The notes under the pieces are model-generated. The model was not told where the DNA came from. It ran no database searches and was given only the letters and a program-made list of their open reading frames with translations. The position numbers were made by a program, and so were the translations under genes. Below are positions 12,232-23,689 of a DNA stretch of 64,000 bases, piece by piece. The stretch is from Macrostomum lignano (lineage: Eukaryota): assembly GCA_002269645.1 (NCBI GenBank), contig NIVC01001587.1:124001-188000 (forward strand). The letters run 5' to 3'. Each line of letters opens with the position of its first letter. Positions within the stretch are counted from its first letter, which is position 1.

Positions 12232-13380
12232 CAGTATTGGGCAAGTTACTAAAAAAAGTAACTTGCATTACTGTAACTTAAGTTACCAATTTTTAAAAAG
12301 TAACTTACGTTAGCCTAGTAACTTTAGACAAAAACCTGGTAACTTTTAAGTTACTGTCTGTTACTCGCTTCTATTACCTATGTTATTAACAAAATTGTCT
12401 GCTTTTTCACATTGCACATTTTTTTCACATTGTTGTTACCAAAATTTGCCATTGGCATTGGGCATTGGGATTAACCGATTAACAGATAGAGACAGGAATT
12501 GGCAACACGATGTGAGGCAAGTAGAAGGACCAATGGGCAATGGCAATCAATAATTAAAATTATAAATGATAAAATAAACAAATATCAATAATTCAATAGA
12601 GTAAAATAAATAGAACTATATAAAATGATGTAGTGTACTGCAGTGCCAGTAGAGGGACTTGTGGAGACTACAGATGAATTTCTTTCTTTGGTTGTCTGTT
12701 TGAATCAAACTTGAAAATTTTTAGTAACAAAAATGAAAGGCGAAAATATTTTACCGAAATTAACAAAGTAAAACATGTTTCAAGTATTTCTTCATAAATT
12801 AAGTGTAATACCATATGATACTATTCACTTAATTTTGAATTTAGGAATGAAAAATGCAAAAACATGTGACAACCGGTGTACTAGCTAAGCATTTCAGTTT
12901 TAAATTTAAATATTGCGATTGTTGCAAAGTAACTGTAATGGACTTCCGAAATTTGAGTAACTTACTATTACTCCGTTACTAAAATAAAAAAGTAACTTGC
13001 GTAAGGAACAATTTATGGAAAAGTAACTTGCATTACCATTTGCAAGTTACTCGGTAACAGACATACATGCGCAACAGTCGGCCGAGTCGGCCAATCCGGC
13101 CGACCGATTTGGCGGCCAACCAAGGTAAGTCGCAAAAATGCCCACCCGAAAGAATCATACGTAGTACTAATTAGATGACGAGGCATTTAGCCCTTATAAG
13201 ACAGTCATAGTTACTCCTGCCGTTTACCCAAAATTGCGTTAATTTTGCTTAAGGGTTTCTTTTACAGGTAAGTCGCATTTTTGGCCAAAAACTACGTCGC
13301 ATTTTTTGTTAAAACTAAGTCGCACGGCCGACCGAATTTTGGAGGTTGCGCATGTATGGTAACAGAAGTGCCCAACACTG
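12232..13380. mobile_element. Non-autonomous hAT-type element (about 840 bp plus nested MITE)
   Basis: TIR CAGTATTGGGCA/TGCCCAACACTG; perfect 8-bp TSD CCTTTAGG (12224-12231, 13381-13388); subterminal AGTAAC/GTTAC repeats. Confidence 0.85.
13062..13358. mobile_element. 297-bp hAT-type MITE, copy 2, nested in the 12232-13380 element
   Basis: Same TIRs as copy 1; perfect 8-bp TSD GTAACAGA. Confidence 0.9.
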
Positions 13381-13673
13381 CCTTTAGGCAACCTCCAAGG
13401 CCTACTTATAGGCCTTGATGCTATGCTAGCTTGCATTGAAAGCATCAACTAGTTCACAATGCCAAGCATCATGTGCAACTCTGGTAGTGGTACTGGGTCT
13501 AGCAGTTTAGCAGAATCACTTTTAGGTAGCAATGAGATTAGATGCAGTTGGCAAAGTTTTTTGGCTAGAGGCTAGTGTCCCTGCCTGAAACTCACCTGCC
13601 AGGTGTCAAATTGAGCCAAGCATCTGTCTTTGTGCTGGCACTTCCCATGATGGCCTACCCTTATAGTACACTA

Positions 13674-14459
13674 GGCTCATTCCATATAAGCATGGTCGTA
13701 ACATGACAGGTTATTTTTACTTATAAAATGAAATCTAATAATAGAATATACTAAACCAATATTTTAAATGAAAGATTATTTTGTCTAGAATATATTTATA
13801 GAGTTTCATATAGATATCATCATTAGTATAGATGCTATTAAACCTTAAATGACACTTATGGTCGTAACGACAGGATTTTTGACATATAGAAACTAAAAGG
13901 TAAAAGTCTTATAACATTTTTCATTTTTGATATTTTGCAATACATTTTAAAAATTTGACTAAGAACATCTTTAGAAATCATACTCTTTTATTAGAATATA
14001 TAAACTCAAAAGGCAACAAAGATACAAAAGAAAAGGCAGCCTTATGGTCGTAACATTATGGTCGTAACATATTTTTTTCTGTCAATTCAGTAACTTTGAG
14101 GTACTAATACATTAAAAATATAATAGATTATTTGGTCACCAATGCTTTTATCTGATGATGCAAGTACTATACTTTTATCTATAGTTTGTTTCAACCTTCA
14201 AAAGCTTTCTATTTGTTTTTAAAAGGTACAAAATCTTAATAATGTCTTTTGCTTCAAAAAATGTCCAAATTTTTACAAAAATGACTTTTTGCCAATTGAT
14301 AACATACTAATCCAACATTTTACCATTCCTTTATTCTTAGATTGTATATATTGCACAATATAAACATTTGGTAAAAAAATAGGCTAATTAGGCAATGGCA
14401 AGCAAAAATATTGACTTTTTTCTATTTTCCAAATATGTCCATCTTATATGGAATGAGCC
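13674..14459. mobile_element. 786-bp non-autonomous DNA transposon with 17-bp TIR and 4-bp TSD
   Basis: GGCTCATTCCATATAAG/CTTATATGGAATGAGCC; ACTA on both flanks; internal ATGGTCGTAAC repeated four times. Confidence 0.8.
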
Positions 14460-15671
14460 ACTAGCAGCAATGTAATCTTGGTAGTTGATACAACTAGCCA
14501 CTTGAACTTGGAGTAGGCATCCACCTGTACTAGAAGTCAGGCTTGCTTGCAGTTGCTTAGAAGCCAGAAGAGGTGACTATACCTAGCTTCTCATATAGGA
14601 GACTGCAAGCTACATGCTACTTTGAGTTTGGGCTTAGGGCATCAAGATGGTAAAGCTTTGCTGCCTGTCCACATTGGGGCCTTAATCTATGTGCCACTGA
14701 CAATGAGCACATTTTGCATTGTTTGAAAACACTGTCTACCATTGACCTAGGTACATTATTTGGAGAGCAACCAAGTGGTATCACAATCCTTGCTGCAAAC
14801 AGCAAACTTGTCTGGCATAAAAGGGTGACATATTGCTGCATTCTTGTTGGCCCTGCTAGAGCCCACATGGCATATCTAGCAGTTGCAGTTGCACTCAAGG
14901 CATTTAAAAGTAAGTGGTGGAAGATAGTGCAGATAGGCAATAACTTGCTTGTATGACATTCTTGGTAGTAGAGGTGTTGATGCAGGTCTGTTACCAGTTA
15001 CCATTGATATCATTGATACTTTCTTCATTGATATGATATATATAATATTAAACCATTGGATATCTATCTTTCTTTCTATCTATTGGTTGAAGCTAGGAAA
15101 GTAAGAGGGTATAGGCTTTGTAACTCCAAGGGGTTTGAATAATGTCTATGGCCACTTATGAGTATAGTTTTATAAAGGAGAGATTCTAGGTCACGTGAAA
15201 GACTAAATTGTCTATGGCCATTTCAGCTAGCTGCTATCTAGTATTATAAAATTGTGAAAAAATTGTGCCTCAAAGTAAAGTGGTTAACTAAATATAATTT
15301 AAATTTGCACCAAAAAGACATTGTTGAACACTATAAACTATATTGAAACACCTAATGCAATTCATTAAATCTGGAAAAAATTCAAACACTTTATAAACAC
15401 AGGCTTTAAAGGTATTTAAAGATAAGAGTTAATAGTTTAAATAGCTTAGTTAGATTAATCTTATACTTTTCCATTAGCTGGCTTGTAAACTTTTGCCTTC
15501 AAAACAGAATTTAGAATTTTTCCCATCTAACATCGTAACCCGCGAATTCTTTGAATTTGTGTGTCTGCAAAAGACAAAAGGATGAGGATATCTTTTCCAA
15601 GACTTTAGATAAGATTAGATCAATAACTTTCACAACTTTTTCCATCTACTTGCTGTTTCTGCAGTTAAGGA

Positions 15672-16255
15672 ATGAGCAGCGATTCTCCTGCAGATGATTT
15701 GTATGGCAAAATATGGGAGGCATCCAGCAAGGATGATAGAGAGGAGCCCGAGCCATTGTTCCCGCCTCCGCCAACATCGCCACCGCCACCTCCGCCAACA
15801 TGTGAGCCACCGCTCCCCCCGCCGCCTGCATCAGCTTCCACCGATGTGGCAGTCCGGTCAACTCTATGCAGTACCCGGTATTTAGGTGCTCCGTCAGATC
15901 ATTCCCAGCTGCCCAGCTGCGTCTCTGTAGTCATGGATGCAGAGTCTGGCGACGAATTAGAAGCTGGCTCTGACGAGAATATCTATTCTGATTTGACTTT
16001 GGACGAGAAGATGCGAATTACCAGCATCTCAGAGGAGGATTACCTGCGCGAAGGATTTATGCAGATGCAGTACGGCTATCGCTGGATTAAGCGCTACCTT
16101 CGGCTCACCAATTACGAGTTGTTTATCTATGCGAAACAGTCTAGCATCGTTTCCAAGAAAATTTTGCCGCTAAGCAAACTGCTGGATGTCAGGGTAAACA
16201 AAGGCAAGTTGGAGCTCGCTCTGAGCATGGACCGGCCGATCACCTTAGTGTTCAG
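15672..16255 (+). CDS. ARAP: ARAP-like protein exon 1 (Pro-rich N-terminus, PH domain)
   Basis: ATG 15672 with in-frame TAA just upstream; EGFMQMQYGYRWIKRYLRL PH-like; donor CAG|GTAAAT phase 2. Nine exons join in frame to about 1269 aa. Confidence 0.75.
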
Positions 16256-16315
16256 GTAAATCACTGCTTAATGATCTAATAGATTTATTAGTAGGCACTT
16301 ATGAACTCTAACCAT

Positions 16316-17008
16316 TCAGTAGACTGCGAACTGCCCTCCCAGATCTGTCAGTAGTCTGCGAACTGCCCTCCCATATCTGTCAGTAGTCTGCGAACTGCCC
16401 TCCCATATCTGTCAGTAGACTGTGAACTGCCCTCCCAGATCTGTCAGTAGTCTGCGAACTGCCCTCCCATATCTGTCAGTAGACTGTGAACTGCCCTCCC
16501 AGATCTGTCAGTAGTCTGCGAACTGCCCTCCCAAATCTGTCAGTAGACCACGAACTGCCCTCCCAGATCTGTCAGTAGACTGCGAACTGAGAACTGCCCT
16601 CCCAGATCTGTCAGTAGACTGCGAACTGCGAACTGCCCTCCCAGATCTGTCAGTAGACTGCGAACTGCGAACTGCCCTCCCAGATCTGTCAGTAGACTGC
16701 GAACTGCGAACTGCCCTCCCAGATCTGTCAGTAGACTGCGAACTGCGAACTGCCCTCCCAGATCTGTCAGTAGACTGCGAACTGCCCTCCCATATCTGTC
16801 AGTAGACTGCGAACTGCGAACTGCCCTCCCAGACCTGTCAGTAGACTGCGAACTGCCCTCCCAGATCTGTCAGTAGACTGCGAACTGCCCTCCCAGATCT
16901 GTCAGTAGACTGCGAACTGCCCTCCCAGATCTTCAGTAGACTGCGAACTGCGAACTGCCCTCCCAGATCTGTCAGTAGACTGCGAACTGCCCTCCCAGAT
17001 CTGTCAGT
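16316..17008. repeat. 32-bp minisatellite in ARAP intron 1
   Basis: GTCAGTAGACTGCGAACTGCCCTCCCAGATCT units with GAACTGC stutter variants. Confidence 0.95.
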
Positions 17009-17604
17009 GCACTTTAAACACATTGATGCCGTTTAATTTCAAATATTTTCGATAACATTGAGATTTAATCCTTGGTCTGAGAATTGCACTACATCCTGAA
17101 GACTAAAGCGAGAGCTTTCAAACGATGTCCGCATATCCTTATTTCATTGGTTTAAATTGTCTCAAGGCAGTGCAGTCGGTATGACTGCGCCCTCATCTTT
17201 GCGTACATCGCCAAGTACGAGCATATGTTCGTTTTTATCACCCCTCTCCGCTCTCTTTCTCTCTTCCGTTGCATCTCTCGCAGAACGACTTGATTTTGTT
17301 AACAAGGCCGAAGTTAGCCTAAGCATTACAGTAAATGCTACCTTCACATTATGATAAGGCACAGATACAGTATACAGACACTGGCTGTTTTAAAAGCGGC
17401 CCTCTAGGCTCTTGACACTTGTTTCTAAATTTAGCCCAGCCGACATTCCACCCCCCGAGTTAGTTCACCTCACTCAGACTTCAGCCATCGTCGCTCAAGC
17501 TACTCTTAGTAACAATATGAAGCTTCCACTGTACTTTATATGCTATATATATGTGTATGTGTTTATACTCGTATATATTTATGAGCTGCGACTGGCAAAC
17601 ACAG

Positions 17605-18423
17605 GGCCGTTGACGATTCGGCAGAGGAAACCTATGACGAGCCGCCGGAGACGGTGTGGCAGAACTGCATCTATAGTAGAATCATATCTTTGAACCTGCC
17701 GCCGGGCTTCCTAGACGAGGAAGAGCTCGGCTGGGCTAAAGTGGTCGGCCGGCACAAATACTTATTCGCATTGAATCGGAGGCGAGCCTATTTAGCCTAC
17801 TATCGATCCGATGAAGAGTTCCGCGCTCACGTGCAGACTCATCGGATGTCGTTGCGCACCTGCTTAATAAAACCTAATCCTACTAAGTCCGGCCTAGATC
17901 TGATATCGGCCAGTGTCCGGCTAACTCTGCAATTCGAGGACAGTCAGCGCTTGGAGAAATTTCGCTCGTTAGTTGAATCGGCTATTCGCACTGATTGGAC
18001 AGGCGAGGAGTCTGAGCCAGCCGCCGCCGCTGCCACAGACGCTTCAGCAGCCACCAACCCAGTCAGCCAGCAGCTGCTCCAGGTCAACTCGAACTTGTCC
18101 ACTTCCACATCGTCTCTGAGCCTGCCTGTTCGTCATCAGCGGTCAGCTTCAGACAGTTCAGCAGTAACAGCAGCAGCAGCCGCTGCCGTGATGACCGCCG
18201 TGCTTAAAAACGAATCAAATCGAGTTTGCGGAGACTGCGGCGCCGCTAATCCGCTGTGGGCCTCCTTGAATCTCTGCGTCACCCTGTGCGACGATTGCAG
18301 CGGGCATCACAGAAAACTGAGCACCGACTTCTCCAAGGTGCACGGGCTTAAATTTGACGTGAAAGTCTGGACTGACGAAGTTGTACAGCTCTTTTTGCAG
18401 CTTGGAAACGGCGCTTCTAACAG
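17605..18423 (+). CDS. ARAP: ARAP-like exon 2 (PH domain, ArfGAP zinc finger)
   Basis: CGDCGAANPLWASLNLCVTLCDDCSGHHR = C-x2-C-x16-C-x2-C-x4-R ArfGAP; donor CAG|GTGAGA phase 2; 5' end uncertain (phase-2 acceptors at 17604 or 17676). Confidence 0.85.
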
Positions 18424-18454
18424 GTGAGACTAATTCTGCGATTGGGCTGCGCTG

Positions 18455-18962
18455 CCAGCCTCCCAGATCCTCAGTTGTTGGGCCACCGCCACCCGATACC
18501 AGATCCTCAGTTGCTGGGCCAGCCTCCCAGATCCTCAGTTGCTGGGCCAGCCTCCCATATCCTCAGTTGCTGTGCCACCGCCACCCGATCCCAGATCCTC
18601 AGTTGCTGGGCCAGCCTCCCAGATCCTCAGTTGCTGGGCCAGCCTCCCAGATCCTCAGTTGCTGGGCCAGCCTCCCAGATCCTCAGTTGCTGGGCCAGCC
18701 TCCCAGATCCTCAGTTGCTGGGCCAGCCTCCCATATCCTCAGTTGCTGTGCCACCGCCACCCGATACCAGATCCTCAGTTGCTGGGCCAGCCTCCCAGAT
18801 CCTCAGTTGCTGGGTCACCGCCTCCCAGATCCTTAGATGCTGGGCCACCGCCTCCCAGATCCTCAGTTGCTGGGCCACCGCCTCCCAGATCCTCAGTTGC
18901 TGGGCCACCGCCTCCCAGATCCTCAGTTGCTGGGCCACCGCTACCCGATCCCAGATCCTCAT
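18455..18962. repeat. 28/30-bp minisatellite in ARAP intron 2
   Basis: GCCTCCCAGATCCTCAGTTGCTGGGCCA units. Confidence 0.95.
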
Positions 18963-19031
18963 GCAGAGCCGCAAGCCAGGCAACGCAGTTACAAACGCAG
19001 CCTGCTGCACCCGGCTCCCATCCAAATTCAG

Positions 19032-19638
19032 TTTCTGGTGCCACAAGGAGCAGCCCAGGGTGGCGCTGCGGCAGTTCGCGACCCCCCAGGACCGGCTAAA
19101 TTACATAGTTCGCAAATACGTTCGCAAAGCCCACGCCGACGACACGCCGCCCCTGGAGTTCGCCAACAGCAAACCGTTGGAGGCGGTGATGCGCGCGATC
19201 CACCTGTCCAAGTTGGACTCCGTTCAGCACCTGATCTCCGACAATTCTCTAGAGAAAAAGCTTGTAGATTTGAACAGAAAAGCTGTAGGCGAAGTCCTAC
19301 TGTGGGATCAGTGCATCACTAGCGGCGAACAGTTGTGGCTGTGTCTGCGGTCCAACGGCTTACTGTGTCTGTATAAACAGGAGATGTCTGTGAAAGAGAA
19401 ACTAGACTGTTCTCATTTGTGCTTCCTGCAACTGTCTGGCAGCTTTTTGCAGCTGGCAACTGAGGCTGCATCGTTTCAACTGGCTATTAAAGAGCGACTG
19501 AGCGCCTGGTGGCATCAGCTGTGCAGGCATCTGCTGCCCGGCTTACCAGACGAGACAGCCGCCAATCAGTACAATATGGTGCTTAAAGTCACCGTGCAGA
19601 TGGCAGAGTTTGGCAGCGAACCCCTGGACTGCATTCTG
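19032..19638 (+). CDS. ARAP: ARAP-like exon 3 (ArfGAP C-terminal part, PH domain)
   Basis: Acceptor TTCAG phase 2; RLNYIVRKY ArfGAP end motif; donor CTG|GTAGGC phase 0. Confidence 0.8.
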
Positions 19639-19685
19639 GTAGGCTTTATCCTTCATATTGTACTCAAGGCGCTGGATCACCCCAT

Positions 19686-20097
19686 CCCCAAATCAGCCTG
19701 ATAATTGTCCCCAAATCAGCCTGACAATTGTCCCCAACTCAGCCTGACAATTGTCCCCAACTCAGCCTGACAATTGTCCCCAAATCACCCTGAAAATTGT
19801 CCCCAAATCAGCCTGACAATTGTCCCCAAATCAGCCTGACAATTGTCCCCAAATCCACATGGTAATTGTCCCCAACTCAGCCTGATAATTGTCCCCAAAT
19901 CAGCCTGACAATTGTCCCCAACTCACCCTGAAAATTGTCCCCAAATCAGCCTGACAATTGTCCCCAAATCAGCCTGACAATTGACCCCAAATCCACCTGG
20001 TAATTGTCCCCAAATCAGCCTGACAATTGTCCCCAAATCAGCCTGACAATTGTCCCCAAATCAGCCTGTAATTGTCCCCAACTCAGCCTGACAATTC
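19686..20097. repeat. 23-bp minisatellite in ARAP intron 3
   Basis: TGTCCCCAAATCAGCCTGACAAT units. Confidence 0.95.
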
Positions 20098-20113
20098 CGG
20101 CACCTACCTACAG

Positions 20114-20545
20114 GCATTCGGCCAGCGCCGCATGTGGGTGGTCACAGAGGGGCAGCTGGCCCCAGATCCAAAGCTCTGCTTCGACCTGCGCCACGTGCAG
20201 AGCTATCGCCAGTCTAACGACCAGCGTTGCTGCGTTCACCTGTGCCTGCCGCGCGGTCCGAGACAAGACGCCGTCAATTTGCGCATCGTCTCTCCGTCGC
20301 CGGACCATGCCAACGAGCTGCTGCGCGCGCTAGAATCCGCCCTAATTAGCGGGCAGAGTCTCGAGGACCAGCCGTTAGATTCTAAAGGCTTGCCATTATT
20401 GGCCTCCGCTTGCCTGCATTTCGTGGCCAACTACGGCTTTGAGACTGAGGGCATCTACAGGCTGGCCGGAAACCAGCAGCGGGTGGCGGAACTGCTTGCC
20501 GAATTCAAAAAGTCGCCGCTCAAATTTCGCTTGTTTTATACTCAG
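20114..20545 (+). CDS. ARAP: ARAP-like exon 4 (PH domain, RhoGAP start)
   Basis: GFETEGIYRLAG arginine-finger motif; CTACAG acceptor and CAG|GTGAGA donor, both phase 0. Confidence 0.88.
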
Positions 20546-20629
20546 GTGAGACTCCGATATTCCCTACCCATGAAAGAAGTAAGAGGCGGGCAGTTATGCT
20601 GGATGAAGGGATTTATAATGCTGCGAGAG

Positions 20630-21530
20630 GATTAGGATTGGATAAGAGCAATGCAGGGGGTGGATTAGGATTGGATAAGAGCAATGCAGGGGGTGGATTA
20701 GGATTGGATAAGAGCAATACAGGGGGTGGATTAGGATTGGATAAGAGCAATGCAGGGGGTGGATTAGGATTGGATAAGAGTGATGCTGGGAGTGGATTAG
20801 GATTGGATTAGAGTGATGCTGGGGGTGGATTAGGATTGGATTAGAGTGATGCTGGGGGTGGATTAGGATTGGATTAGAGTGATGCTGGGGGTGGATTAGG
20901 GGTGGGATTAGAGTGATGCTGGGATTGGATTGGGGGTGGGATTAGAGTGATGCTGGGATTGGATTGGGGGTGGGATTAGAGTGATGCTGAGATTGGATTA
21001 GGGGTGGGATTAGAGATGCTGGAAGTGGATTAGGGGTGGGATAAAGTGATGCTGGGATTGGATTAGGGGTGGGATTAGAGATGCTGGAAGTGGATTAGGG
21101 GTGGGATAAAGTGATGCTGGGAGTGGATTGGGGTGGGATTAGAGTGATGCTGGGAGTGGATTGGGGGTGGGATTAGAGTGATGCTGGGATTGGATTAGGG
21201 GTGGGATTAGAGATGCTGGAAGTGGATTAGGGGTGGGATTAAAGTGATGCTGGGAGTGGATTAGGGGTGGGATTAGAGTGATGCTGGGAGTGGATTAGAG
21301 TTAGGATTAAAGTGATGCTGGGAGTGGATTAGAGGTGGGATTAAAGTGATGCTGGGAGTAGATTAGGGGTGGGATTAGAGTGATGCTGGGAGTGGATTAG
21401 AGGTGGGATTAAAGTGATGCTGGGAGTGGATTAGAGGTGGGATTAAAGTGATGCTGGGAGTAGATTAAGGGTGGGATTAAAGTGATGCTGGGAGTAGATT
21501 AGGGGTGGGATTAGAGCAATGCTGGGAATA
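20630..21530. repeat. 33/34-bp G-rich minisatellite in ARAP intron 4
   Basis: GGATTAGGATTGGATAAGAGCAATGCAGGGGGT grading into GGATTAGGGGTGGGATTAGAGTGATGCTGGGAGT. Confidence 0.95.
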
Positions 21531-21701
21531 TGATAACTTTGCTAGAAGGCAAGTAGGATAGGATGGGAAGGCTGTTGGAAGAAAATCAGGTGAGGAATGA
21601 TGCTGGATGTCAACATGTGGGGCATTGGAATGGAGATTCAACAGTGTTATCTGCATCCGTATCTGTCCCCGCATCAAAAACCCAACCAATATAATCGGCA
21701 G

Positions 21702-21998
21702 GAGAGCGATGTGCACGTGGCCACGGGGCTGTTGAAGCTGTTTCTCCGTGACCTGTCGGATCCGCCGCTGCCGCCCCGCCTGACAGAGAAGCTGGTGTTA
21801 GCCAATGAAAATCCTAGCCAATGCGCCGAGCATTTGCGTCAGTTAAAAAAACGCCGTCCAGTCAGTTACGCATTTTTGCGAGCCCTGATACTGCACACAG
21901 CTGTGCTGATTGGTTACAGCCAGCAGAACAAAATGAGCCTGGAGAATATGTCTCTCATTTTGGGACAGAGTCTGCGCCCGTCTGAGAATGCTGGCGAG
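21702..21998 (+). CDS. ARAP: ARAP-like exon 5 (RhoGAP core)
   Basis: DVHVATGLLKLFLRDL...NKMSLENMSLILG canonical RhoGAP motifs; phase 0/0. Confidence 0.9.
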
Positions 21999-22069
21999 GT
22001 CTGTTTGCACAGTGAAGTATTTCTTTCATTGATGCTAGATCTCACGTATTGATTGCTGTCCTCAGACAG

Positions 22070-23265
22070 TTAAGGTGTTCGCCCAGATCCCCCGCTGTTC
22101 TCCCAGATCCTCAAGTGTCCTCCCAGATCCTCAGGTGTTCTCCCAGATCCTCGGGTGTTCTCCCAGATTCCCAGGTGTTCTCCCAGATCCCCAGCTGTTC
22201 TCCCAGATCCTCAAGTGTCCTCCCAGATCCTCGGGTGTTCTCTCAGATCCTCGGGTGTTCTCCCAGATCCCCAGGTGTTCTCCCAGATCCCCAGCTGTTC
22301 TCCCAGATCCTCAAGTGTCCTCCCAGATCCTCGGGTGTTCGCCCAGATCCTCGGGTGTTCTCCCAGATCCCCAGGTGTTCTCCCAGATCCCCAGCTGTTC
22401 TCCCAGATCCTCAAGTGTCCTCCCAGATCCCCAGGTGTTCTCCCAGATCCCCAGGTGTTCGCCCAGATCTCCAGCTGTTCTTCCAGATCCTCAAGTGTCC
22501 TCCCAGATCCTCGGGTGTTCTCTCAGATCCTCGGGTGTTCGCCCAGATCCCCAGGTGTTCGCCCAGATCCCCAGCTGTTCGCCCAGATCCCCAGCTGTTC
22601 TTCCAGATCCTCAAGTGTCCTCCCAGATCCTCGGGTGTTCTCTCAGATCCTCGGGTGTTCGCCCAGATCCCCAGGTGTTCGCCCAGATCCCCAGGTGTTC
22701 TCCCAGATCCCCAGCTGTTCTCCCAGATCCCCAGGTGTTCTCCCAGATTCTCGGGTGTTCTCCCAGATCCTCAGGTGTTCTCCCAGATCCTGAAGTGTCG
22801 TCCCAGATCCCCAGGTGTTCCCCCAGATCCTCATGTGTTCTCCCAGATCCTCATGTGTTCTCCCAGATCCTCTGGTGTTCTCCCAGATCCTCGGGTGTTC
22901 TTCCAAAATCCTAAATCCTCAGGTGTTCACTCAGATCCCCAGGTGTTCTCCTAGATCCCCAGCTGTTCTCCCAGATCCCCAGGTGTTTCCCCAAATTCCC
23001 AGGTGTTCTCCCAGATCCCCAGATGTTTCCCCAGATCCCCAGGTGTTCTCCCAGATCCCCAGCTGTTCTCCCAGATCCTCAAGTGTCCTCCCAGATCCTC
23101 GGGTGTTCGCCCAGATCCTCGGGTGTTCTCCCAGATCCCCAGGTGTTCTCCCAGATCCCCTGCTGTTCTCCCAGATCCTCAAGTGTCCTCCTAGATCCCC
23201 AGCTGTTCTCCCAGATCCCCAGGTGTTTCCCCAAATTCCCAGGTGGTCTCACAGATCCCCAGGTA
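22070..23265. repeat. 20-bp minisatellite in ARAP intron 5
   Basis: CTCCCAGATCC(T/C)C(A/G)GGTGTT variants. Confidence 0.95.
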
Positions 23266-23368
23266 TTTATCACCACCCTCGCAGTTCCTCTATCCTCTCA
23301 CCCTGCCTAGGGCAGCATCATCCAGTGCAGGCTCCATATCGTTGCCAATTTTGCTGGCCAAATTCCAG

Positions 23369-23668
23369 GTGATGCCAATCTCCAAGCTTGTCCAGTTGAT
23401 GGTTCGAAACCGACAGCAGATTCTAAACATCACGGACGAGGAGGTGGATCACGAGAAGAGCATGTACCAGCAGGCTAAGCGTATTATCGATCAGCAGCAG
23501 CAGTCAACGCATCAGCAGCAGCCCCCAGTCGCCGTCGCCGATATTCTCATCCCCGTGTTCATCGGCGAAGAGACCGACCTGTCAGTGAACGTTCGCGTCG
23601 CGTCTAGTACGGATGCTCGCGACATTGTGCGGCTGGCCTGCGAAAAGCTTACTAGTCGCAACTTAAAG
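23369..23668 (+). CDS. ARAP: ARAP-like exon 6 (RhoGAP end, Ras-association domain start)
   Basis: TTCCAG acceptor phase 0; IPVFIGE...SVNVRVASSTDARDIV RA-like; donor AAG|GTGAGC. Confidence 0.8.
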
Positions 23669-23689
23669 GTGAGCTGCCTGTTTCACGGA

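Larger units (their letters stand above)
11410..15190 (-). mobile_element. Highly decayed, CpG-depleted LTR (Gypsy-like) retrotransposon remnant interrupted by DNA transposons
   Basis: Minus strand 14790-14480 gives RIVIP...V..CKMC followed by LLVQVDAYSK, the order of integrase Zn-finger and core motifs; boundaries taken from the CpG-free tract and approximate. Confidence 0.45.

Noticed and set aside
16316-17008. CRISPR-like appearance of 28-37-bp repeats here and elsewhere
   Set aside because: Units are head-to-tail with no unique spacers, no cas genes, and the context is eukaryotic
17157-17560. Possible extra ARAP exon(s) in intron 1
   Set aside because: The good-looking acceptor at 17283 gives an immediate stop in the required phase; cannot be supported without transcripts
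20900-21520. TTAGGG-containing repeats as an interstitial telomere
   Set aside because: Single TTAGGG hexamers embedded in a 34-bp unit, never tandem
22049-23372. Long overlapping ORFs (also 26314-27540, 29080-29797, 30219-31416, 31407-32395, 38068-38640, 46406-47095, 51421-52282, 58322-60443)
   Set aside because: Stop-free reading of minisatellites in several frames at once; most lie between phase-compatible splice sites of real exons or in intergenic arrays
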